A DNA stretch of 64,000 nt from Octopus bimaculoides (taxonomy: Eukaryota), in NCBI RefSeq assembly GCF_001194135.2, contig NC_069001.1:32818361-32882360 (forward strand). Direction: 5' to 3'. Positions 1-12,056 of the stretch are shown here, one piece after another. The notes under the pieces were generated by a model. It did no database searches, was not told the DNA's origin, and saw nothing but the letters and a program-made list of their open reading frames with translations. The translations under genes were made by a program, and so were the position numbers. Each line of letters begins with the position of its first letter. Positions within the stretch are counted from its first letter, which is position 1.

Positions 1-171
1 GTCACGAAAGGCCTGGTTGGAGGCCCAACCTTCCCAGTTCTTTTACAGGGCTGGAGGACCACTGCAATAAGTGTGTGAATCTGAGAGGGGAATATGTTGA
101 ATGAAATCATAATTAACTGATCCTGTATTTTCTTTTACCCAAAGTCAGGAACTTTTCAGCAACCCTTCGTA
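1..171 (+). mobile_element. Mariner-type DNA transposon 3' end (decayed transposase C-terminus, right TIR, TA)
   Basis: Frameshifted peptide KAWLEAQPSQFF/LEDHCNKCVNLRGEYVE* (stop 102-104) matches the mariner C-terminal W.KC....G.YVE motif. The end acttttcagcaacccttcg-TA reads TA-CGAAGGGTTGCTGAAAAGT on the reverse strand, a mariner-style TIR. Confidence 0.8.
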
Positions 172-174
172 TAA

Positions 175-525
175 GTGACCAAGATTCCCCCCCCCCCTCG
201 CAACTGAATGGGGCACCGGTCCATCGCAGGGTCACTCATTTATAGCTGAGTGGATTGGAATTAGAAGAAAGAAACTGTTTTGTTCAAGAACACAACGCAT
301 TACTCGGTACGGGAATCGAAGCCACGATTCTCCGATCGTGAGTGCAACACGTTAATCGCTGGGCCACATGCTGGGACACCAGTCCATCGCATTTACAGTT
401 CGAGTGTACTGGAGCTACATGAAAGTGTTTTATTCAAGAACACACCACACCATCTAGTTCGGTCCTGGAATCGAAACCACGATCGTACGATCCACACCCT
501 ACCCGTAGGTCACGCGTCTTCACAT
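175..525 (-). mobile_element. Two tandem tRNA-derived SINE copies (family C heads)
   Basis: Reverse strand reads gtggcccagcgattaacgtgttgcactcacgatcggagaatcgtggcttcgattccc (A/B-box-like), then the CORE-like gcgttgtgttcttgaacaaaaca; repeated twice. Confidence 0.75.
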
Positions 526-584
526 ATTTAATTGACTCACAGGGCAGCCACTTTATATACGTGTGTTTGCTATAGTTAAGTGAA

Positions 585-868
585 GGCGCGTGGCTTAGTG
601 GTTAGGGTGTTCGGCTCACGATTGTAAGGTCGTGAGTTCAATTCCCGGCGACACATTAGCAAGACTGTTTCACATTGCTCCAGTTCACTCCAGCTGGCAA
701 AAATGGGTAGTACCTGTATTTCAAAAGGCAAGCTTTGTCATATTCTGTGTTGCTTCCTGAGAACTACGTTAAGGGAATGTGGAGTGCTCAGCCATTAATT
801 TCACGAGCAGGCTGTTCCATCGATCGGATCAACTGGAACCCTCGTCGTCGTAACTGACGGAATGCCAA
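585..868 (+). mobile_element. tRNA-derived SINE family C (probably octopus OR-type), near full length
   Basis: A box TGGCTTAGTGG, B box GAGTTCAATTCCC; 3' tail ttcacgagcaggctgttcc...accctcgtcgtcgtaactgacggaatgcc shared with copies at 38275-38585 and 55946-56310. The OR assignment is from memory. Confidence 0.85.
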
Positions 869-1720
869 TGCTGAGTTATGTTTGAAGAAGGAGGCGGTCA
901 AAAACCTACATTACACAACTGCTTCAGTTTTCCTGATCTCCTACTCAATGGCTTTTTACACGTCACAATTCGGAAAATATAAAATCCGGCTGACTTGTAT
1001 TTTCTTGTATTTTCCGGAGTTTTAAGTTGCTCTTGTCTGCTGGCTCTTATTTAACTAGGGCGAATCCCGCTGATATTAAATCTTGTGACTCTATTTTAAA
1101 AGTGCTGCTAAGATTCTTTTACTAGAAAACTCTCAACTGNNNNNNNNNNNNNNNNNNNNNNNNNNNNNNNNNNNNNNNNNNNNNNNNNNNNNNNNNNNNN
1201 NNNNNNNNNNNNNNNNNNNNNNNNNNNNNNNNNNNNNNNNNNNNNNNNNNNNNNNNNNNNNNNNNNNNNNNNNNNNNNNNNNNNNNNNNNNNNNNNNNNN
1301 NNNNNNNNNNNNNNNNNNNNNNNNNNNNNNNNNNNNNNNNNNNNNNNNNNNNNNNNNNNNNNNNNNNNNNNNNNNNNNNNNNNNNNNNNNNNNNNNNNNN
1401 NNNNNNNNNNNNNNNNNNNNNNNNNNNNNNNNNNNNNNNNNNNNNNNNNNNNNNNNNNNNNNNNNNNNNNNNNNNNNNNNNNNNNNNNNNNNNNNNNNNN
1501 NNNNNNNNNNNNNNNNNNNNNNNNNNNNNNNNNNNNNNNNNNNNNNNNNNNNNNNNNNNNNNNNNNNNNNNNNNNNNNNNNNNNNNNNNNNNNNNNNNNN
1601 NNNNNNNNNNNNNNNNNNNNNNNNNNNNNNNNNNNNNNNNNNNNNNNNNNNNNNNNNNNNNNNNNNNNNCTGTTGTGGTAGCAGACCACGAAACATAGTT
1701 GAAATTCCTTCTCTTGATGT

Positions 1721-1938
1721 AAGGCGATGAGCTGGCAGAATTGTTAGCATGCCGGGCAAAATGCTTAGTGGCATTTCATCTGTCTCCGTGTTCTGAGTTC
1801 AAATTCCGCCGAGGTTGACTTTGCCCTTTCATCCTTTTGAGGTTGATAAAATGAGTACCAGTTCAACAATGGGATCGATCTAATCGACTTACACCCGCCT
1901 GGAACTTGCTGGCCTTATGCCAAAATTTGAAATCAATA
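1721..1938 (+). mobile_element. tRNA-derived SINE family A, full length, with 12-bp TSD
   Basis: Head ggcgatgagctggcagaattgttagc, B box GAGTTCAAATTCC, central gttgactttgccctttcatcc...gataaaatgagtaccag; TSD ttctcttgatgt at 1709-1720 and 1939-1950. Confidence 0.9.
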
Positions 1939-2182
1939 TTCTCTTGATGTGTATAGCTACTAGTTTAGTTTGCTGAGGACGGAGTGACGATATTTCTGTT
2001 CGTCTTGTTGATCGGAGTTTTATTTTATTTTATTTTATTTTTTTACTACCTGGAGTTTATCTGCAGAGCACCATCTCGTGGCTGAAATCTCTCTTTGTTT
2101 CCATAGCAAAGTCTGATTAGTTGTGTATAAGTAAAATACACACACACACACGCATACTTGTTTTTATGTCAAGTTATAATGG

Positions 2183-2550
2183 AAGTGGCTTGCTTTCCAG
2201 CCACATGGTTCCGGGTTCAGTCGCACTGTGTGGCACCTTGGGCAAGTGTCTTCTACTATAGCCTCGGGTCGACCAAAGCCTTGTTAGTGGATTTGGTAGA
2301 CGGAAACTGAAAGAAGCCCGTTGTATATATATATTTGTGTGTGCGTCTATGTTTGTCCTCCCACCATCGCTTGACAACCGATGTTGGTGCGTTTACGTCC
2401 CCGTAACCTAGCGGTTCGGCAAGAGACCGATAGAATAAGTACTAGGCTTACGAAGAATATGTCCTGGGGCCGATTTGCTCTACTAAAAGGTGGTGCTCCA
2501 GCATGGTCGCAGTCAAATGCCTGAAACAAGTAATGGAATAAGAGAATAAA
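2183..2550 (+). mobile_element. SINE family B (tRNA head, CORE-like segment, internal microsatellite)
   Basis: ggttccgggttcagtcgcactg (B-box-like), ggcaccttgggcaagtgtcttctact, internal (TA)/(TG), tail ...gcagtcaaatgcctgaaacaagtaa; about 20 related pieces in the window. Confidence 0.9.
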
Positions 2551-3549
2551 AATAATACACTTTTAAAGCAGAGTCTGCTTAATTTTTTTATCAATCCACT
2601 TAAAAAAAAGTACAGTTTAAAACTCTTTTTAAAATACCTTATGCAAATTATCCAACTTCAAAAACAGGTTTCGTTTGCTGAATACAATGTGCAGTGTATT
2701 GCACGATCTTGCACAGCATTCCCGGATATCTGGAAGCCGGATAAACGGTTCAGTATTGTTTAAGACCTTGTCATACGGTGCATCATTCCTATTGAGCAGT
2801 TAATTGGTTAGAGGTTATTGAACGCTGTTGTCAACTCGGTCTGTGTATACATGTTTACGTACACGCATGTATACTTACGTGCCAGCCGATGATATAAGCA
2901 ATTTTTTTCTTCAGTGAATTCGTGTTTATAAGTGAGCACGAAGGCTTTATGAGTAGGTGTGTATTTCTGTGTGATGTGCGTGATTTTCTTTCTGAGAATA
3001 ATGAATCGTACAACACAATGAATACATTAGATACGATCTAGTTCGATTTTAATAGTCGAGTAGGTGTTAACGTATCTGAGTGTCGTAAGCTGAGGCGATT
3101 TTAATCAATTAGAATTAATAATCCATGTCTAAAATGATTATGGTGAACGAAAAATATTAGAAGAAAAGATGCAAGGGAAACATTTTTGAAATGAAAGATT
3201 AAAATTAATTTAATAGTCATGACTATGTAGTTAAGAAGATCGGTTTGGGTAAATTTTGGGAAGTACGAGTTTCACTAAGAAAAAACAACAAACAAAACAT
3301 CGGATTTTTTGCGTGGAATCAAGTACCCTGACCTGCTAATGTGCCGCAGACCCCTTATTTTTGTTCGGGAAAAAGTTGGGGGGAAACCGGACTCCCGCAT
3401 CCCGTAATCATTGGAAATTTTTTACTTTCTGATGTACCACAAAACACTTTTTTTTTTGTCCGGAAAACGTGAGGGGGAGGTGAACCCTCGGAAATTTCAC
3501 TCCACCCCCATTTTCGAATTTTTTTTTTTTTTTGCTGTTTCTTTCCACC

Positions 3550-3986
3550 TTCCCTTTGCAATTTTTGGTGCCGAAACTCTAACCGAGTATGTAATGCATT
3601 TCATTTTTGTGTGCGGAGAGAGAGTGAGTGAACACCGGCACTGACATCGTCCGCATATTATATATGCCAGTGCCGGAGTCACGTAAAAAGCACCATTCGA
3701 GCGTGGTCGATGCCAGCGGCACGTGACTGGCTCCCTTGCCAGTGGCATGTAAAAAGCACCCACTACACTCTCGGGGTGGTTGGCGTTAGGAAGGGTATCT
3801 AGCTGTAAAAACCTTGCTAGAACAGATTGGAGCTTAGTGCAGCCTCCTTGCCAGTCCTCAGTCAAACCGTCCAACCCATGCCAGCATGAAAAGCAGACGT
3901 TAAACGATGATGATGATATATATAATATAATATATTGCTACACCATTGAAAGTTTAGGTAAACATCGTGTATTACATGAAAAATAA

Positions 3987-4028
<42 letters not shown>

Positions 4029-4170
4029 TGTCACTTATAGATGCAAAAAATACATACATGGCAATACACATCTTCACTCATTCATTCTCTCTGCCTCTCT
4101 TTTCACCCCACAAAAATGAAACGCATTACATACCCGGTTAGAGTTTCGGCACCAAAAATTGCAAAGGGAA
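3550..4170. repeat. Long inverted repeat (62-bp arms 3550-3611 and 4109-4170); probable foldback or MITE with a nested insertion
   Basis: Arms are reverse complements at 60/62 positions. Confidence 0.85.
3665..3916 (+). mobile_element. RTE-type 3' tail repeat (family D) with (GAT)n end
   Basis: gcacccactacactctcggggtggttggcgttaggaagggtatctagctgt...ccaacccatgccagcatgaaaagcagacgttaaacgatgatgatgat; same tail follows RTE ORF2 remnants at 23779 and 49055. Confidence 0.85.
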
Positions 4171-4827
4171 AGTAGATTTCTTTTTCAAATCTATTCTGCA
4201 ATCTGGGATTAATATATCCAGTGATTTTAAGAGGTATGAAAAAGATATTTTGTTTTAATATTGTACTTTTACTTGTATCACACATGCACACAAACACTAA
4301 CGTTTTTTTCTAGATGAATATTGTATCAATCTTTGTCTCTCCTGCCCAGACTTTGTTACCTCTAACTTTCTATAACTTCAGCATTTTCACTTATTCTTTC
4401 CAAACTTGTTCGAATTTTCAGTCTAATGCAATCCACACGCTTGAGAACGCATTTTTGCAAAATGTTATTAATGAGAAAACGAAAGATATAGCTCTGTGGA
4501 GGCGCGTGGCTTAGTGGTTAACGTGTTGCACCCATGACGACAAGATTGTGGTTTCGTTTCCTAGACTGCGCGATGCATTGTGTTCTTGAGCAAAACACTT
4601 CATTTTACGTTCCTTCAATTCACAAAATTGAGTAATCTTGCGACAGACTGGCATCCTATATAAATACACACACACATATATAGACGGGCTTCTTTCAGTT
4701 TTCATCTACCAAATCTACTCACAAAGCTTTGATTGGCTTGAGGTTATAGAAGACACATGCTGAAGGTACCACGTAGTGGGACTGAACCCGATATCATGTT
4801 GTTGGGGATCAAGCTTCTCACGCTTGA

Positions 4828-4866
<39 letters not shown>

Positions 4867-5470
4867 TTTTATTTTTTTATTTTTAAGGTTATGACTCTTC
4901 TTCTCCATGCTGATTAGACGAGTGTAAAAAGAAATTTAAAACCGTCTTCGCTTTATCAATCGTGGCAATTTGTCCACACACCGCTTTTCAATCGCCACAA
5001 GGTTTCCTTTCAACGCCCATGAAAACTACTGGGTTAGAACTTCGTTATTTTGAANNNNNNNNNNNNNNNNNNNNNNNNNNNNNNNNNNNNNNNNNNNNNN
5101 NNNNNNNNNNNNNNNNNNNNNNNNNNNNNNNNNNNNNNNNNNNNNNNNNNNNNNNNNNNNNNNNNNNNNNNNNNNNNNNNNNNNNNNNNNNNNNNNNNNN
5201 NNNNNNNNNNNNNNNNNNNNNNNNNNNNNNNNNNNNNNNNNNNNNNNNNNNNNNNNNNNNNNNNNNNNNNNNNNNNNNNNNNNNNNNNNNNNNNNNNNNN
5301 NNNNNNNNNNNNNNNNNNNNNNNNNNNNNNNNNNNNNNNNNNNNNNNNNNNNNNNNNNNNNNNNNNNNNNNNNNNNNNNNNNNNNNNNNNNNTATACACA
5401 CATTTTTGTGTGTTTATATGTACTTATATTTGTGTGTGTATATATGTGTGTATATATGTGTGTGTGTTTG

Positions 5471-5509
<39 letters not shown>

Positions 5510-5607
5510 TAAACACATATATATACACCCACACATATACACACATTTTTGTGTGTTTATATGTACTTATATTTGTGTGTGTATATATGTGTGTGTGTGT
5601 TTGTATA

Positions 5608-5645
<38 letters not shown>

Positions 5646-6875
5646 ATATATTTGTGTGTATGTGTGTGTATGTATATATATATATATATTTGTGTGTGTG
5701 TCTGTGTATATATGTGTGAAGCGTGTTTTTTCTTTACATTTTCCCCCTCTTTTTCTTTCGTTGTCGTCAACCAATGTGGTGGAGAAAAGTTATAAAAGAA
5801 AAAAGAGAAACAGACCAGCTTAAAATGTGTTTTCCACTTTCGTCACCGGCATTGTATCAAGCACGTGACTCAAAATGCCCTGTAAAATATAAATTATAAC
5901 ACGAATAATAATAATAATAATAATAATAATATTAACTCTCTTCTGTCATGCAGAAGCAGTAATCTTCAATTGTGGAATGTATTTCTTTCATTTTTTTTTT
6001 TGTTAGTTTTCTTTCAGTTCTGGGTTCTCAAACTGTGAACTGAGTAGGTTTGCACTTCACGGGGAAAAAAAAAATATCATCATCATTATTGTTGCGTCCA
6101 CTNNNNNNNNNNCTTTCTCTATTCCTGAGCGTTAAACTAATACATCCATTTGTTATTTACACCACCTGTCTTCGTCTGTTGTTTTTTTCGTAAATTCTCC
6201 TGTACACACACACACACACACACATATACTTACCACGTGAGCTCTAACCCCTCATCAAGTATAAAGCCACCCTCTTGGAATTCTTAATTTTACAAGTTAA
6301 ATGGTGACCTCATGGATGCTGGTGGTACATAAAAAGCAACCAGTACATGCTGTAAGGTGGTTGGCATTCAAAAAAGCATCCTTCTATAGAAATCGTATTC
6401 AAACAAACACTGGACCACGATGTGGTCTTTGGGCCTGTCATATCCTGTCAAACTGTCCAACATGATCATTAAATGATTATGAACTTATAAGTTTCTTTGC
6501 ACTTAAGTATTGTCATTGTGGGACACAAAGACATTGCACACACATAGAAAGAAAATTAACTTCTTCGGTCATACTGATTCATAAGAAAAATTCTTCCGAG
6601 GTCGACTTTACCTTTCATTCTTTCGGGGTCGATAAATTAAGTACCAGTTATGTATTGGGAGTCTATCTAATCGACTTCTCCCACTCCTCCTCCAAAATTT
6701 CGAGCCTTGTGCCTAGAGTAGAAAAAAATATAGGAAAATTTCATAAACAACAGCTTCTAGAAATTTTAAAAATATAAAATTTCTGGAGAGTTAGAGCTTT
6801 GAACGAACAACCAATGACAGAGTGGACATACAGAGTAAACAATCCATGAAGACAAGCATTAAGGGCCGTTAGGCC

Positions 6876-6929
<54 letters not shown>

Positions 6930-6933
<4 letters not shown>

Positions 6934-7445
6934 GTATCTGTCTCTCAATGTGTGTGTGTGAGTGTGTGTATGTTTGTGTCTGCATATCTTGACACCGTGT
7001 GACAGTTGTGAATTACTATCACTGTCATACAAGTAGTGTCTCCCACTTCCAGTATTCTACATAAACATATCTGTCCATGGGGAAATAATACTTTACTTGG
7101 AAACAGGCGAAGGTTTGGTGACAGGAAAGGCATTTGGACGTAGGAAATGTCTCAGCTAACTTCATCCGACCCACCGATCCATGCAGGCAGGGAAAAGTGG
7201 ACATTAACCCTTTTGTTACCTTGTTTCCGTTTAGATGCACAGCTTTTGGTTCAGTTCACTTTGAAAGTAACGACGAATTTAGTAAAAAAAACCGTCGATT
7301 TTAAGTAGGTGTTTGGAACGTATACTAACGAGAAATGTTGATGGAACATTTTAATTTAGTTTACTTTAAGAGAGAAAGTTCATATCGTGGAATTAGGAGG
7401 CTTCAGGCAGGTTGGTATGGAAAGAGTTAAAACGATGATGATCAT
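6930..7445 (+). mobile_element. SINE 3' half with RTE-type tail, interrupted by a MITE
   Basis: ggtttggtgacaggaaaggcatttggacgtag...ggaaaagtggacattaa [MITE] aacgatgatg. Confidence 0.65.
7204..7430. mobile_element. piggyBac-type MITE family P1, TTAA-flanked
   Basis: TTAA-cccttttgttacc ... ggtatggaaagag-TTAA; body shared with the 34819-35046 copy in opposite orientation. Confidence 0.75.
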
Positions 7446-8352
7446 ATATAACAAATAATAAATGAGTATATGCATATATACGTACAGGTATGTGCATACC
7501 TACGTCTACCTGTATATATAGGTGCATATCTGGGTACAGGACATTGCAAACAAAACGTAGACAAAAAAATAATAATAACCAGAGTACAGAACACACACAG
7601 GCCACATAGAGAACATTTTCCTTCATCAGCTACCCCCATTCTAACACAGGCGTTTCGAAGAGTACAGAGTGAAATAAAGAGAGAGAGAGAGAGAGANNNN
7701 NNNNNNNNNNNNNNNNNNNNNNNNNNNNNNNNNNNNNNNNNNNNNNNNNNNNNNNNNNNNNNNNNNNNNNNNNNNNNNNNNNNNNNNNNNNNNNNNNNNN
7801 NNNNNNNNNNNNNNNNNNNNNNNNNNNNNNNNNNNNNNNNNNNNNNNNNNNNNNNNNNNNNNNAAACATTACATTTGTCCGACATCGAAGAAAAGAGCAA
7901 TTATGTGGATGTAAATTCTATTTTGTCTCTTCATTCAAAAAAGCGTGGAAAGATGGGTGCGGTGCGGTGACGGTGGTAGGACAAGAAATTCAAATCACAT
8001 TTTCTTTCTTTTATTTTTTAGTGAGTGCGGTTGCGGTGTTGGTGGTGAGATGTTGAGGTGTTTGTATATGTCAGAGAGGGAGCCACTAGGTTCAGTGGGT
8101 TAGGTGACTAATCACATCCACCGTGCAAGTAGAAATGGACTCCTGTCGTGTCAGGTCTTCTGATCCAATTTCAAAGTTTACACTGGTTTATGATACGATG
8201 ACTTTTGGAGTCTAAATTTAGAATGATTTCAATTTCCTCTTTACTGGATTGCCATCCAACTGAACGAATAAATGGGAAAGTGCATATGTGACACAGCATC
8301 ACATTTCACTATCTCTCTTTCTCCTTCTCTAGTTGTCAGTCTGTCTCTCCTC

Positions 8353-8394
<42 letters not shown>

Positions 8395-8474
8395 AGAAAC
8401 AAGGTCATGTAGCTTAACAGGGAGTGAGAAATCAATGTTTCTTATTCATGTCATTTTATTTATTCTTAGATATA

Positions 8475-8628
8475 GGCGTAGCTGTGTGATAAGAAACTTG
8501 CTTCCCAACCACATGGTCCTGTGTTCAGTCCCACTGTGTGGCACCTTGGGTAAGTGTCTTCTACTCTAGCCTCAGGCTGACCAAAGTCTTGTGAGTGGAT
8601 TTGGTAGATGGAAACTGAATGAAGCCTG

Positions 8629-8682
<54 letters not shown>

Positions 8683-9810
8683 ATATATTTATGTCTTCGT
8701 GTTTGTCCCCTCACCATTNNNNNNNNNNNNNNNNNNNNNNNNNNNNNNNNNNNNNNNNNNNNNNNNNNNNNNNNNNNNNNNNNNNNNNNNNNNNNNNNNN
8801 NNNNNNNNNNNNNNNNNNNNNNNNNNNNNNNNNNNNNNNNNNNNNNNNNNNNNNNNNNNNNNNNNNNNNNNNNNNNNNNNNNNNNNNNNNNNNNNNNNNN
8901 NNNNNNNNNNNNNNNNNNNNNNNNNNNNNNNNNNNNNNNNNNNNNNNNNNNNNNNNNNNNNNNNNNNNNNNNNNNNNNNNNNNNNNNNNNNNNNNNNNNN
9001 NNNNNNNNNNNNNNNNNNNNNNNNNNNNNNNNNNNNNNNNNNNNNNNNNNNNNNNNNNNNNNNNNNNNNNNNNNNNNNNNNNNNNNNNNNNNNNNNNNNN
9101 NNNNNNNNNNNNNNNNNNNNNNNNNNNNNNNNNNNNNNNNNNNNNNNNNNNNNNNNNNNNNNNNNNNNNNNNNNNNNNNNNNNNNNNNNNNNNNNNNNNN
9201 NNNNNNNNNNNNNNNNNNNNNNNNNNNNNNNNNNNNNNNNNNNNNNNNNNNNNNNNNNNNNNNNNNNNNNNNNNNNNNNNNNNNNNNNNNNNNNNNNNNN
9301 NNNNNNNNNNNNNNNNNNNNNNNNNNNNNNNNNNNNNNNNNNAAAAAAAAAAAAAAAAAAGAAGTTACATCGGTGCAAGTTTGCATGGCTTTTTGGTTAA
9401 GAAGCTCACTTTGCAACCATCTGGTTACAGGTTCACTCCTGCTACGGCACTTTGAGTGTCGTCTGCTATAGCCTTGGGCCAACCAATCCCTTTTGAGTGA
9501 ATTTGGTGGGGAGACTCTGTTGTGAAAACCCATCATCTGTTGTGTGTATGTTTGTGTGTGCGTGTGCATATATATATATGTGTGTGTGTGTGTTGTGTGT
9601 ATATGTGTGTGTATGTCTCCTACACTGCTTTTCAATCAGTGTTGGTTTGTTTATGTCCCCAGAACTGAGTACCTCAGCAGAAAGAACTAATCGAAAAAGC
9701 ATCAGGCTTCAAAAAAAGGAATACTGGGGTTGATTTATTTGACTAGACCCTTAAAGGCACTATACTCCAGCATGGTTGCAGTCCAATGACTGAAACAAGT
9801 AAAAAATAAA
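8475..9810 (+). mobile_element. Two SINE B copies separated by a gap (8475-8718 and 9383-9810)
   Basis: Same head, CORE-like and tail motifs as 2183-2550, CpG-decayed. Confidence 0.8.
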
Positions 9811-10051
9811 AAGATATTTGGTCTGTTTGAAGGGACAGTTCTCAAGGCTTTTAGGGGTTTCTCCAAGACCAACAAAATTGCTGGTAATGTTTCTTTTGAA
9901 ATTGTTGCTAGTCAGTAACTACAAGGTTACCAAGGGCAGGTAGAAAATTCCAGAGGGATGATGTTCTAGGAGTGACTGAAGGATCGGTGGCAGACATGAC
10001 GTGGGTGACAAACAGAGGAGAAATGAATGACTGAGGGATACTTGAGTGATG

Positions 10052-10190
10052 GTTGTTGTTGTTGTTGTTGCTGCTTAGCTCTAGGTCAGGGTTAGGGTTA
10101 GGGTTAGGGTTTAGAAACCCCGTTCCATCCATGGCCATCCCCGTATATTTTTCAAGCATTGTATTCACTGGATGGCATGATTCAGTGTTT
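10052..10190 (-). repeat. Dispersed repeat G with an internal telomeric (GGGTTA)n patch
   Basis: gttgttg...cttagctctaggtcag and ttccatccatggccatccc match G copies at 13905-13980, 24895-25050 and 61215-61310; (GGGTTA)x3+GGGTTTAG at 10089-10114. Confidence 0.6.
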
Positions 10191-10617
10191 TTCAATGTGT
10201 CCAGATGTGGCTGTGTGGTTCAGAAGTTTGCAAATATTCTGCTCAATACCACAAATTTGCTTGCGTTAACCACTTGAGCATGTCCCTTAGTGGTTGACAG
10301 GATGTGTATCTCTGCCGGGAGTCCAGTTGAAATCTAATAGGTTTAATTTCTTAGAAATTAACCCGTCTACGAATGACACCAGCTAACAAACGCTTACCCT
10401 AAGTTTGGTTTTTAATCACCAGTGTGGTTATCCCAAGTGTTGGATGAATATCCTGTCGCAGAGACATCGAGGCAACCTTGTATTTGTTTATTAGACGATT
10501 ACTGGAAACTCTTAAATAACACTTGTAGTATGATATGGAATGCTGTGTGTGACTTTTACCTGAGAATGTACCTTAAGAATGTAAAAATATAAAACAAAGC
10601 TATGTAAGCCTATATAT

Positions 10618-10674
10618 AGGTCAATTTACGACCAATCAGTCGGAACCGATTGTGGTCGTAAGTAGACGACGACC

Positions 10675-10676
<2 letters not shown>
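10618..10676. mobile_element. Tiny Tigger/pogo-like MITE remnant in (TA)n
   Basis: Right end reads CAGGTCGTCGTCTACTTACGACCACAAT on the reverse strand (Tigger-style TIR); left end taggtc..ttacgacca is a partial inverted copy; TA-rich flanks. Confidence 0.6.
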
Positions 10677-10722
<46 letters not shown>

Positions 10723-11211
10723 NNNNNNNNNNNNNNNNNNNNNNNNNNNNNNNNNNNNNNNNNNNNNNNNNNNNNNNNNNNNNNNNNNNNNNNNNNNNNN
10801 NNNNNNNNNNNNNNNNNNNNNNNNNNNNNNNNNNNNNNNNNNNNNNNNNNNNNNNNNNNNNNNNNNNNNNNNNNNNNNNNNNNNNNNNNNNNNNNNNNNN
10901 NNNNNNNNNNNNNNNNNNNNNNNNNNNNNNNNNNNNNNNNNNNNNNNNNNNNNNNNNNNNNNNNNNNNNNNNNNNNNNNNNNNNNNNNNNNNNNNNNNNN
11001 NNNNNNNNNNNNNNNNNNNNNNNNNNNNNNNNNNNNNNNNNNNNNNNNNNNNNNNNNNNNNNNNNNNNNNNNNNNNNNNNNNNNNNNNNNNNNNNNNNNN
11101 NNNNNNNNNNNNNNNNNNNNNNNNNNNNNATATATATATTGGTAAAAATTATTAATTGTTGATTTATTAATAAATTAATAAATTGATAAACCTTTACCCT
11201 TTTAATTGTAA

Positions 11212-11250
<39 letters not shown>

Positions 11251-11689
11251 GCAGAGCATATGTATATAAGGCTCCAGTTAGGTAATAAATACGATGGCTA
11301 AAATATACTACAGAAAACATACGTGTGTGTGTGTGTGTGTGTGAGATATACTTTAAGAATGATTCGTTGGTGTATCCCTTTGTACTCCCTTTCTTTCTCA
11401 TGTACTTGACTAAAAGTCTGCTGCTGCTGCTGCTGGTAAGATCACCCTTTCCTCCTCCTCACTTCGAGCAACACCACCTCCCCCATTTTCGTCTTCAGCC
11501 TCAATTCTAACCCACAACCATCCACAGAACTACATCTAACGTGTCAAATATCTATGCATCGGTAGAGTAATAAAGTAAAAAACATAATAATAATAAAAAA
11601 AAAACCCAAATAAACTTTCTGTGAGTAAAGAAAAGACGAAATAAAAAAAAATAGAATAAAATAAATATATACAGCCAAGACGAACCAAA

Positions 11690-12056
11690 AAAATGTACAA
11701 AAACAAAAACACAAACGATGTTACTCGTGAATAACATCGTTCTCCCGTCCTCCCTATCTTCTTCGACTCCATCTTCTTACAAACTCAACAACAATACTCC
11801 CGTTTGCAACACCCATCATTGTAGTTCTCACTATTATCTTTTGTCATCATCATCATCATCGTCATCGTCATCATCGTCATCACATACACCGAACTTCTCC
11901 ACCTCTTCCTCTACCGTTGTTAGCTTACACTATACGAACTTGAAACAGTTCGGTGGGTGGATTGATGGACGGGTAAGTGTGTGTGTGTGAGAGAGAGAGG
12001 TACGTTCGAACCCTCTTCCCTCCCTCCCACCGTCCGCCTTAATAGACCACCGCCTA
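11690..12056. promoter_or_regulatory. CpG-retaining, promoter/first-exon-like segment
   Basis: Non-repeat sequence with frequent CpG against a depleted background, plus a strong donor site. Confidence 0.3.
11718..11972 (+). CDS. Candidate first coding exon, Ser-rich 85 aa (MLLVNNIVLPSS...FGGWIDGR), phase 0
   Basis: ATG at 11718 open to a consensus donor GG|GTAAGT (11973); locally CpG-rich. No recognisable domain, and part is (TCA)n. Confidence 0.3.

Noticed and set aside
585-660. tRNA genes (here and at 12589 and 56240-56310)
   Set aside because: A/B boxes are present but run into SINE bodies without a complete cloverleaf or acceptor stem.
5393-5700. 144-bp duplication beside a gap
   Set aside because: Low-complexity and gap-adjacent; may be an assembly artefact.
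5862-5872. Overlapping E-box and AP-1 site (cacgtgactca)
   Set aside because: A single short motif is expected by chance and has no supporting context.
6228-6283. - strand exon FQEGGFILDEGLELT with donor TG|GTAAGT
   Set aside because: No pyrimidine tract at the acceptor; the + strand resembles a decayed DNA-transposon terminus next to a D repeat.
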